Positions 40,314 through 48,651 of a DNA stretch of 64,000 nt are shown here, in pieces. Within the stretch, counting starts at the first letter, position 1, and every line of letters begins with the position of its first letter. Source of the DNA: an uncultured Deinococcaceae bacterium (lineage in GTDB: Bacteria > Deinococcota > Deinococci > Deinococcales > Deinococcaceae); the NCBI GenBank assembly GCA_964252075.1, contig CAXULY010000006.1, positions 32,001-96,000 on the forward strand, written 5' to 3'. Position numbers and translations under genes: made by a program. Below the pieces are notes generated by a model that was given only the letters and a program-made list of their open reading frames with translations, had not been told where the DNA came from and did not search any database.

Positions 40314-40805
40314 ATGCTGCCCAGAGACGTGGCTCCCCAACTCGACGACATTGACCGGACCCTGCTGGAACTGCTGCAGGAAGACGCCGGACAGAACCAC
40401 TCCGACCTCGCGAGGCAGGTGGGCCTCTCCGCGGCGGGCGTGCACAAGCGCCTCAAGCGCCTGAGGCAGGAAGGCTACGTGCGCAAACTCACCGCAGTCC
40501 TCGACCGCAGCCGCCTCGGCCTGGACCTCCTGTGCTTCCTGAAGGTCACCTTCCGCAGCAACCTCCAGCCGAACAACCTCGCGGACCTGCAGCGCACCGT
40601 GCAGTCACTCCCGGAGGTGCTGGAGTGCTTCACCCTCACCGGCAGCCACGACGCCATCCTGAAGATCGCCGTGACGGACCACATCGCGCTGCGCGACTTC
40701 CTGCGGCGCCTGTCGGACGAACAGCAGGTGATCGAGCGCGCCGAGACTTGCATCGTGCTGGAGGAACTCAAGGAGGGCGCCACCGTGCCCCTGAGGCGCC
40801 CCTGA
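40314..40805 (+). CDS. Lrp/AsnC-family regulator
   Basis: LDDIDRTLLELLQEDA...LARQVGLS...RLKRL; LPEVLECF.LTG. Confidence 0.92.
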   Translation: MLPRDVAPQLDDIDRTLLELLQEDAGQNHSDLARQVGLSAAGVHKRLKRLRQEGYVRKLTAVLDRSRLGLDLLCFLKVTFRSNLQPNNLADLQRTVQSLPEVLECFTLTGSHDAILKIAVTDHIALRDFLRRLSDEQQVIERAETCIVLEELKEGATVPLRRP

Positions 40806-41641
40806 TGGGCGCGCTCATCGTCACGCCGCACAGCTCCGGGCACGTGCCCGCCGACGTGCTGCACGACATGCTGGGCGACGCCCTGTTCGACCCCGCCCGC
40901 CGCGCGGCGCACCTGCGCCACATCTTCGACGAGGGCGACCCGTACACCGACCTGATCTTCAGCGTGCCGGGCGCGCAGGCCCTGCATGCCGGCGTGAGCC
41001 GCTTCGTGGTGGACCTGAACCGCGACCGTGCGAGCGGCGGCGCGAACGGCGTCATCAAGCTCACGGACTTCGACGGGGTGCCGCTGTACCCGCGCGAGTT
41101 CCGCCTGTCCGGCGCGGCGCGCGAGGAGCGCCTGCGGCGCCACTGGGACCCCTTCCACGCGGAGATCGAGCGGGTGCTCGCGGGTGGCGGCGTGACGCTC
41201 GTCGTGAACGGGCACAGCATGCAGCCGCGCGGCCCCGCCATCGGGCCGGACGCGGGCCAGAGCCGCCCCGCGCTGACCCTCATGACCGCCGGGGACGCGC
41301 GCGGCGAACTCCTCCCCCACCGCGCGCACAGCAGCGTGCCCGCCGCGCAGGCGCGCGCGCTGCTCGACCTCGTCCAGCGGCACTTCGCGCCGCTCCTGAA
41401 CGGGTCCGGCCCCACCCGCATCGCGCTGAACGACCCCTGGCAGGTGGACGAACTCACGTACCGCTACAGCGCCCCGGCGCGCGCGCGGCCCGTGCCGGGC
41501 TTCGGGCTGGAAGTGAACCGCGCGCTGTACCTGCGCCAGGAGGGCGGCGCGGAGGTGCCGGACGGGGACGCCATCCGCGCGCTGAACCAGGCGTTTCGCG
41601 CGTTCCTCCCCGACGCGCTGAGTGTTGTGGGGGGCGCGTGA
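40805..41641 (+). CDS. N-formylglutamate amidohydrolase-family protein
   Basis: PHSSG, DPYTD, SRFVVDLNR, PFH, GHSM, LEVNRALY. Confidence 0.87.
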   Translation: MGALIVTPHSSGHVPADVLHDMLGDALFDPARRAAHLRHIFDEGDPYTDLIFSVPGAQALHAGVSRFVVDLNRDRASGGANGVIKLTDFDGVPLYPREFRLSGAAREERLRRHWDPFHAEIERVLAGGGVTLVVNGHSMQPRGPAIGPDAGQSRPALTLMTAGDARGELLPHRAHSSVPAAQARALLDLVQRHFAPLLNGSGPTRIALNDPWQVDELTYRYSAPARARPVPGFGLEVNRALYLRQEGGAEVPDGDAIRALNQAFRAFLPDALSVVGGA

Positions 41642-42951
41642 CGGCGCCCCTGGACCTCGAGGGGGCGGGCGTGCGGTACCTGCGCGTGCTGTGGTGCGAC
41701 AACGCGAACGTAATCCGCGCGCGCGCCGTGCGCGTGCGCGAAGAGCCGGACGTGCGCGTGAGCATCTCCGCCGGGCAGATGGCGCTGCCCGTCACGCAGG
41801 ACAGCGTGGTGGAGGGCGCCGGCCTCGGCCCGGTGGGGGACGCGGCGCTCGTGCCAGACTGGAGCACCCTGCGCCTGCTGCCGTACGCGCCCGGCGAGGC
41901 GCAGGTGATCGGGGACCTGATGGTGGACGGGCAGCCGTGGGCGCACTGCCCGCGCGCCTTCCTGCGCGCGCAGGTCGCGGCCCTCGCGGCGCGCGGGCTG
42001 AGCGTGCGCGCCGCCTTCGAGAACGAGTTCTACCTGCTGCGCCGCGTGGGCGCGGACCTCGCGCCCGCCGACACCACCGTGTACGCCGCGACGGCCAGCA
42101 TGAACCAGCACCGCGCGTTCATTCACGACCTCACGGACGCCCTCGAAGCGCAGGGCCTGCAGCCCGAGCAGTACTACCCGGAGTCCGGGCCCGGCCAGCA
42201 GGAACTGCCCGTGCGGCACGCCGACGCGCTCGGCAGCGCCGACCAGCAGATCGTGTTCCGCGAGACGGTGCGCGGCGTGGCGCCCGCGCACGGCCTCACC
42301 GCGAGTTTCCTCCCGAAGGTCGTGGAGGACGCGGCGGGCAGCGGCTGCCACATCAACCTCAGCCTGTGGCGCGACGGCCTGAACGCCACGCCGGACGCGC
42401 GGCACCCCACGGGCCTGAGCGCGGAGGCGCGCGCCTTCATCGCGGGCGTGCTCGCGCACCTGCCCGCCCTGTGCGCCCTCACGGTGCCCAGCCCGAACTC
42501 CTACCGACGGTTGCGCCCGCGCGCGTGGGCGGGCGCGTACCGCACGTGGGGCACCGCGAACCGCGAGGCGGCCGTGCGCGTCACTCGTGGCGAGGCGGGC
42601 GCCACGCGCTTCGAACTGAAGACCGCGGACGCCAGCGCCAACCCGTACCTCGCGCTCGGCGCGCTGCTCGCCGCGGGCCTCGACGGCCTCGACCGCGACC
42701 TGCCGCTGCCCGACGAGGCGAAGTTCGACCCCGGGCGCCTCACCGACCACGAGCGCGCCGAACGCCACATTGAGGCGCTGCCGCGCAGCCTGCCCGAAGC
42801 GCTCGCCGCCCTGGAAGGCGACGCCGCGCTGCTCGCCGCGCTCGGCGCGGAGCGCACGCGCACGTACCTCGCGGTGCGCCGCGCGGAGTGGGCGGCGCTG
42901 CACGACCTCAGCCTCGCCGACGAAGTGCGCCTGCTGGCGGAAAGGTACTGA
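41638..42951 (+). CDS. Glutamine synthetase-like (FluG/NodGS-type) gamma-glutamyl ligase
   Basis: ENEFYL, PESGPGQQE, GSGCHINLSL, WGTANREAAVR, FELKTAD. Confidence 0.9.
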   Translation: MTAPLDLEGAGVRYLRVLWCDNANVIRARAVRVREEPDVRVSISAGQMALPVTQDSVVEGAGLGPVGDAALVPDWSTLRLLPYAPGEAQVIGDLMVDGQPWAHCPRAFLRAQVAALAARGLSVRAAFENEFYLLRRVGADLAPADTTVYAATASMNQHRAFIHDLTDALEAQGLQPEQYYPESGPGQQELPVRHADALGSADQQIVFRETVRGVAPAHGLTASFLPKVVEDAAGSGCHINLSLWRDGLNATPDARHPTGLSAEARAFIAGVLAHLPALCALTVPSPNSYRRLRPRAWAGAYRTWGTANREAAVRVTRGEAGATRFELKTADASANPYLALGALLAAGLDGLDRDLPLPDEAKFDPGRLTDHERAERHIEALPRSLPEALAALEGDAALLAALGAERTRTYLAVRRAEWAALHDLSLADEVRLLAERY

Positions 42952-44064
42952 ATGCACGACCTCACCGACGTCCCCCTGTACGACCACCACGCCCACGCCC
43001 TGTACCACGAACCGCTGTGGCGCGCCGCGCCGCTCGAAGGGTACTTCACGGAGGCGTCCGACCCCACCGTGCAGCGGCGCTTCGTGCCGGACAACCTCTT
43101 CTACCGCCGCAGCATCCGCGACCTCGCGGAGCTGTACGCCTGCGACCCCACCCCCGACGCGGTCCGCGCGGCGCGCGCCGCGCGCGAGTACGGCGCGCTG
43201 TGCACCGAACTCTTCCGCGACGCGAACATCGGGCGGGTGCTGATTGACGACGGCTTCTGGCCGGACCGCCTGTGGACCGTGCAGGAAGCGCGCGCGCGCC
43301 TCCCCGTGCCCGTCGCGCGCGTGGTGCGCATCGAGACGGAGCTGCAGGGCCTGATGCCCGCGCACGACACCCTGGATGGCCTGCTGGACGCGCTGGAGGC
43401 GCACCTGCGCGACGCCGGGCGCACCGCGGCGGGCTTCAAGAGCATCATCGCGTACCGCAGCGGCCTGAACGTCACGCCACCCACCCTGGCGGACGCCGAG
43501 CGCAGCTTCACGCGCGAGCGGCAGCGCGGCGGGAAACTCACGGAGAAACCCCTGCTGGACGCCGCGCTGCTGCGCGCCCTGCGCGTCGCGGTGGACCTCA
43601 ACCTGCCCGTGCAGTTCCACACCGGGTACGGCGACCCGGACCTCGACATGCGCCTCGCGAGCCCCCTGCACCTGCGCGAGGTGATCGAGACGCCGGACCT
43701 GAAAGAGTTGCGGGTGGTGCTGCTGCACTGCTACCCCTACGTGCGCGAGGCGGGGTACCTCGCGAGCAGCTACCCCGGCGTGTACCTGGACCTGGGCCTC
43801 ACCATCCCGTACACCAGCGTGCGCGCCATGCTGACCGCCACGCAGGAGGCGCTGCACCTCTCCCCCATCAGCAAGGTGCTGATCTCCACGGACGCGCAGC
43901 GCACGCCAGAACTGTACTGGCTTGCGGCGCGCTGGGCACGGCGGGTGCTGCGCGACGTGCTCACGCAGACCGTGCAGGACGGCGACCTGACGGACACCGA
44001 GGCGGACTGGGCGGCGCGGCGCGTGCTGTGGGACAACGCCAGCGACCTGTACCCGGTGGACTGA
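42952..44064 (+). CDS. Amidohydrolase (FluG/NodGS N-terminal-like)
   Basis: DHHAH, GFKSIIAYRSGL, QFHTGYGDPDL, LLHCYPY, STDA. Confidence 0.9.
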   Translation: MHDLTDVPLYDHHAHALYHEPLWRAAPLEGYFTEASDPTVQRRFVPDNLFYRRSIRDLAELYACDPTPDAVRAARAAREYGALCTELFRDANIGRVLIDDGFWPDRLWTVQEARARLPVPVARVVRIETELQGLMPAHDTLDGLLDALEAHLRDAGRTAAGFKSIIAYRSGLNVTPPTLADAERSFTRERQRGGKLTEKPLLDAALLRALRVAVDLNLPVQFHTGYGDPDLDMRLASPLHLREVIETPDLKELRVVLLHCYPYVREAGYLASSYPGVYLDLGLTIPYTSVRAMLTATQEALHLSPISKVLISTDAQRTPELYWLAARWARRVLRDVLTQTVQDGDLTDTEADWAARRVLWDNASDLYPVD

Positions 44065-44244
44065 GTGGCCGCCCCAGCGCGCGGAATGGTCCGGAACAGG
44101 GCATGAGCGACCTCTTCGCGGGCACGCCCTGGCATTCCGCGCGCTGCCGCCCCGGCTGTCCGGACGCCGTGCTCGCCTGCCTGCGCGCCGCCTTCCAGCC
44201 GCGCGGCGGTCCCACCGCGCCTCAGGCGCGCACTTCGCCGGTCG

Positions 44245-44988
44245 TCAGCGCACGCGGACGGAGGCCACGAAGCGGTCCAGGCGCGTGAGGCGCGCGTCGT
44301 CCGTGACGGCGTCGAGGGTCCGCGCGGTGCGCGTCACGTAGGCCTTCCACGCCGCGTCCGCGCGGGCAGAGTCGCCGGAGTACAGCGCGTCGTTCACGCG
44401 TTTCGCGTCGGCGTCCGCGTCGTCCTGCGGGAGTTCACGCAGCGGCAGGTCGTACTGGAAGGACACGTACTGCCGCCCATCGTTCGTGAGGCCCTGGAAG
44501 GTGTAGAATACCTGCGCGCGCGTGAGGGGCGCCACCTCCTGGCTGAAGGCCACGAGGTACCGCACGCCGCGCCCACCCTGAAAATCCACGTACTTCACGG
44601 CGCCGTGCAGCACCTGCCCGGCGAACGGGAGGGGCAGGAACGGCAGGTCGCCGCGCACCTCGCGGGGCGCCGGGCGCGCCTTCAGCAGCGCCCGCAGGCC
44701 GTCCACCTCCGTGCGCACGCCCTCGCGCCGCCCCGGGTACTGCGCGAGCAGTCCCGCGACGGGGTACACGTTGAGTTCACGCAGCGCTTGGCCGTCCTGC
44801 ACGCCGAAGGTCGCGCGGACGTGCGCGGGCGGAAAGAACACCGGGGAATCCTCGCCGCGCCGCTCTGCTGGGAGGGCGCGGGTGGTGGCGGGGAGGCCGA
44901 GGGGCCGCGCGTCGAAAGTCACGCGCGGCAGGGCGGCCGAGGCCACCAGGGTGGCGGCCGTCAGGGCGAGCGGCAGGATCACGTTCAT
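44245..44988 (-). CDS. Secreted hypothetical protein
   Basis: Signal peptide MNVILPLALT; LPFLP...GVRYL...YTFQGLTNDG.QYV; probably leaderless. Confidence 0.75.
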   Translation of the reverse strand: MNVILPLALTAATLVASAALPRVTFDARPLGLPATTRALPAERRGEDSPVFFPPAHVRATFGVQDGQALRELNVYPVAGLLAQYPGRREGVRTEVDGLRALLKARPAPREVRGDLPFLPLPFAGQVLHGAVKYVDFQGGRGVRYLVAFSQEVAPLTRAQVFYTFQGLTNDGRQYVSFQYDLPLRELPQDDADADAKRVNDALYSGDSARADAAWKAYVTRTARTLDAVTDDARLTRLDRFVASVRVR

Positions 44989-44994
44989 GCCGTA

Positions 44995-45028
44995 AGGGTA
45001 CGGCGGGCCGGATGATTCCAGCATGACG
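44995..45028 (-). promoter_or_regulatory. CGTCA-N6-AATCA-N12-TACCCT promoter, copy 7 (probably leaderless)
   Basis: Minus strand CGTCAtgctggAATCAtccggcccgccgTACCCTtacggcATG. Confidence 0.7.
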
Positions 45029-45216
45029 CGCGGGGCGGCGCGGACAGCGGCGTAAGGGTCAGGGAGCGGCGGGCCACCGGCGCCTCGCTCGGGAACTCGA
45101 CCCCAGCGCCCGGGCTGCACACGACCTCTAGGCGCAGGCGCTCAACCGCGCCGCGTGCAGCATCATCAGCCGGACCGCCCACCACGCCGATCAGCAGCGT
45201 GGTCCTGGCGTGGCGC

Positions 45217-45960
45217 TCACTCACCGCTCTTCGGGAGGCGCACCTCGAGGTACATGTTCGGCTGCGTGTGGTCGTAATCCATCACGAAGCCGCCCGTGTA
45301 ACTCTGCCCCCAGGGGTTCTCGTTCGGGCTGGTGCGGCGGCGGATGTCGAGCGGCTGACCGTTCAGCGTGGCCGTCACGCGGTACGTGCCCCACATCACG
45401 TTGGCAATGACGGGGCCCGAACCGGACGGCATCAGGGTGGCGGTGCGCGCCTTGCCGGTCGAGCCGTCTGCGAGGGTGCCCACGGGGGTCAGCGTGACCT
45501 GCACCTTGCTGGTGTCCACGTCGTACTCCCCGATGCCGCGCTCGACGAACACGCACGCGAGGTTCCCATACGGGTCGTCGGACGTGACGGGTTTGGGTTT
45601 GAAGATGAAGTCGCGCACGCCGCCCTCCACGCCCGGCACGGCGTCCGCGTTCTTCGGCACGAGGTTCACGGCGACCGTGTGGTCCTGGTACTTCAGCTTC
45701 AGCTTGGCGTACACCGCGAAGGTGAACGGGAACTTGCGGACGTCCACCTTGTACTGCCCCCGGGCGTCCGTGGTGGTGATGAGGTTGCTGTCGTACGCGA
45801 GGGTGTTGTCCACGTCAATCTCGACGCCGGGCATGGGTTTGCCCTGCTCGTTCACGACGGTGCCCGTGATGAAGCCCTTCTGGGCCGGGGTGGCGTGGGC
45901 GGCGCCGGTGAGTGCGGCGATGGTCAGGACGGTCAGGGCGGTGAGGCGGGTGGTGTGCAT
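45217..45960 (-). CDS. Secreted carboxypeptidase-regulatory-like domain protein
   Basis: Signal peptide, GTVVNEQGKPMPGV...TDARGQY, LTPVGTLADGSTGK; paralog of 8169..8918. Confidence 0.8.
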   Translation of the reverse strand: MHTTRLTALTVLTIAALTGAAHATPAQKGFITGTVVNEQGKPMPGVEIDVDNTLAYDSNLITTTDARGQYKVDVRKFPFTFAVYAKLKLKYQDHTVAVNLVPKNADAVPGVEGGVRDFIFKPKPVTSDDPYGNLACVFVERGIGEYDVDTSKVQVTLTPVGTLADGSTGKARTATLMPSGSGPVIANVMWGTYRVTATLNGQPLDIRRRTSPNENPWGQSYTGGFVMDYDHTQPNMYLEVRLPKSGE

Positions 45961-45985
45961 GGGGTGCTCCTTGTGTGGGGTGGGG

Positions 45986-47338
45986 TCAGCGTCGGGTGAG
46001 GGTGAGGGTGCCGGTGCCGAGGTCCGCGCGCTTGCCGCGCACCTGCCCCTCGTAGCGGTCCCCGTCGAAGCGGCCCTGAACGGTGAGTTCGAAGGTGTCG
46101 CCGGTCTCGTCCGTCAGGCCGAGGTCCAGGTCGCCGGTCGCGCTGTTGCCGTTCGCGTACTCGACGGGCGCGGCGCCGAAACCGAGGATGCGGGGAGAGT
46201 CGTCCTGCAGCGTGACCTTCAGGCGGTACGTGCGGCCCGCCAGCGTGAGGACCGCGTCCCAGTCGCCCGAGGCCGTCCACCGGGCGGGCGCCGGGGTGGG
46301 CGAGGCGGCGCTGCTGGTGGGCGGCGTGACCGCCGCGCGGCCCGTGGCGGGCGCGGACTCGGGCGGGGTGCCGAGCGGGCGGTTGAAGAGCGTCGTGCCG
46401 CTCGCGGAGGTGAGGCTCAGGACGCGCTGCCCGTCCGCGTTCACCCGCACATTCACGCGTTCGCGGTACGGCTTGACGGTGTTCGTCGCGCGGGACACCT
46501 TCCCCGGCGAGCAGGTGTAGCCGGTCGAGGCGCTCGTGGTGGGCGTGAAGCTCAGCGTGTCGCCGCTGAACGCCACCCGGCCCTGCTCCTGCACGAGGAG
46601 CTTCGAGGTGCAGTTGTAGGTGGTGACCACGAGCAGGCCCGTGCGTTCGTACGTGGCGTCCGGCCTGAGTTTGAGGATGACGCTCGTGCCGCTCGCCTCC
46701 GCCCATTTGCCCGTCGCGGCGTTGTAGTACTCGGTGGGCGCGATGCGCCCGCTGTTCCACTCGCCGCGCAGTTCGGCCGGCAGGGCGGTCGTGGCCGCCT
46801 GACCTGCACTGGGGGTGCGGCGGGCGAAGGTGAGGGCGTTCTTCCCGGACCCGATGGTCAGCTGACGCCCCGCGACGCGCCACGTGTCCGTCTCGGTCGG
46901 TCCGCCCGCGCGGGTGGTCGTGACGCCCGCGAAGCGCTTGCAGCCGCCGTTGAGGGCCGCGGGCGACACGCCCGCGGTGCGCTTCACGGCGGTGGGCTTC
47001 AGGGTGATCTGGCCCCCGCGGACGGTGAAGGTCCCGCGCTCCAGCGTGACGTCGAGGCTCTCGCAGGCGATGAGCAGCGTCGACATGGGCGCGTACCCGG
47101 GGATGTGCGTCAGCTGCACCTTCCCGAACTGGTACGTGCCGTCCTGATTGAACACGAACCGCGCGGAGTTCGCGTGCGCCAGCGTGGGCGAGGCGTACGC
47201 CTCGTCGGGGAGTTGAGCGCCGCTGAACCACGCGCCGACGAGGGCCGACGGCACCGCCGCAGGTGCGGCGCCCGCGGCGGTGGCCGCAAGCAGCGCGCCG
47301 GTCAGTACGAATCTGGGTGTGGGGTGGGGTCTCTTCAT
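45986..47338 (-). CDS. Secreted multidomain hypothetical protein (two lipocalin-like repeats plus a C-terminal domain)
   Basis: AGGAG RBS, signal peptide, repeats beginning (V/L)P..L.G.W.SG, Thr/Pro-rich linkers. Confidence 0.75.
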   Translation of the reverse strand: MKRPHPTPRFVLTGALLAATAAGAAPAAVPSALVGAWFSGAQLPDEAYASPTLAHANSARFVFNQDGTYQFGKVQLTHIPGYAPMSTLLIACESLDVTLERGTFTVRGGQITLKPTAVKRTAGVSPAALNGGCKRFAGVTTTRAGGPTETDTWRVAGRQLTIGSGKNALTFARRTPSAGQAATTALPAELRGEWNSGRIAPTEYYNAATGKWAEASGTSVILKLRPDATYERTGLLVVTTYNCTSKLLVQEQGRVAFSGDTLSFTPTTSASTGYTCSPGKVSRATNTVKPYRERVNVRVNADGQRVLSLTSASGTTLFNRPLGTPPESAPATGRAAVTPPTSSAASPTPAPARWTASGDWDAVLTLAGRTYRLKVTLQDDSPRILGFGAAPVEYANGNSATGDLDLGLTDETGDTFELTVQGRFDGDRYEGQVRGKRADLGTGTLTLTRR

Positions 47339-47730
47339 CGCCATGCTCCTCGGGGGACCGCGTGGTCCCTTCGTTTCCGTCCTGAAGGTAGGGGGAGCAG
47401 GATGGCGCCACGATGGTACGCCCGCAGGCGAACGGGCGAGCGCGCACCCAGAAGCTTCGGGTGACCCCAAGGCAGGGCCGAACGGCGGTCCGCGCATCGC
47501 TGAGTGCTGCCGCACCCTGAGCGCCTGCACCGTACGTCTAGAGCGGCAACTGGGTGTTCACTTGACTGGCCCTCGACCCCAGCGCACGGCCCTGCAACGG
47601 ATGCCCGGCGCGGCACCTCCCAAATTGGGGACGCCCCCTCTAAGTTGCCATCGCGGAAGGCCTGAAGTGCGGGCGCGGTGGGCCAGCCAGGCGCTTCCGC
47701 TGCTCGTGCGTTCGGTACGATGGAGGTCGC

Positions 47731-48651
47731 ATGACCATCAACGAGCACCTGGACACTTTCGCGGGGTTCCGCGTGACGCCCTGGACGCCGGGCGAGCCGC
47801 TGGGCGACCCGGAGACCACCATTCACCGGCTGTTCGTCGAGTACGACGATGAGGGGTCGTGGGTGGACCGCTTCCGCGCGTTTCTCGATGAGCCGAACGT
47901 GTCTGAGACGCGCGGGCTGGTGGTGGGCATGTGGCACCCGGAGGTGCTGACGGACAACCCGCCGGACGCGGTGGTGGAGGCGCTGGTGAGCGCCCGCGAG
48001 CGCCTGCCACACCTCCGCGCGTTGTTCTTCGGGGACATCACCATGGAGGAGAGCGAGATCTCGTGGATCACCAACACGGACCTCTCGCCCCTGTGGGCGG
48101 CGTACCCGGACCTGGAGGAGTTCGGTGTGCGCGGCGGGAACGACCTGAGTCTCGGTCAGCTGCGCCTCCCGAAGCTGCACACCCTGGTGATTCAGAGTGG
48201 CGGCCTGGATGGGCGCGTGGTGCGCGAGGTGATGAACGCGGACCTCCCGGCCCTGGAGCACCTGGAGTTGTACCTCGGCACGGACAATTACGGCGCGACC
48301 GCCACGCCCGAGGACCTCAGCCCGCTGCTGGACGGCGCGCTCTTCCCGAAGCTCACGTACCTGGGGTTGCGGGACAGCGACCGGGCGGACGAGTTCGCGC
48401 AGGTGATCGCGAACGCGCCCATCACCGCGCGCCTGGAGGTGCTGGACCTGTCGCTCGGCACGCTCTCCGACGAGGGCGCCGCCGCGCTGCTGGCGAGCCC
48501 GGCGGTGCGGGGGCTGAAGAAGCTCGATGTGCACCACCACTGGTGCAGCGACGAGGTGATGGAACAGCTGCGGGCGCTGGGCACCCAGGTGGACGTGAGC
48601 GAGCAGCAGGACCTGGAGGAGGACTGGCGTTTCGTCGCCATCGGTGAGTGA
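47731..48651 (+). CDS. STM4015-family leucine-rich-repeat protein
   Basis: LPHLRALFFGDI..EE.EISWI, LEHLELYLG...YG, LEVLDLSLGTLSDEGA, LDVHHHW, C-terminal RFVAIGE. Confidence 0.85.
   Translation: MTINEHLDTFAGFRVTPWTPGEPLGDPETTIHRLFVEYDDEGSWVDRFRAFLDEPNVSETRGLVVGMWHPEVLTDNPPDAVVEALVSARERLPHLRALFFGDITMEESEISWITNTDLSPLWAAYPDLEEFGVRGGNDLSLGQLRLPKLHTLVIQSGGLDGRVVREVMNADLPALEHLELYLGTDNYGATATPEDLSPLLDGALFPKLTYLGLRDSDRADEFAQVIANAPITARLEVLDLSLGTLSDEGAAALLASPAVRGLKKLDVHHHWCSDEVMEQLRALGTQVDVSEQQDLEEDWRFVAIGE

Noticed and set aside
42949..42951. Selenocysteine recoding of the in-frame TGA
   Set aside because: The TGA falls at the natural GS C-terminus, is followed by an ATG, and no SECIS-like hairpin was evident.
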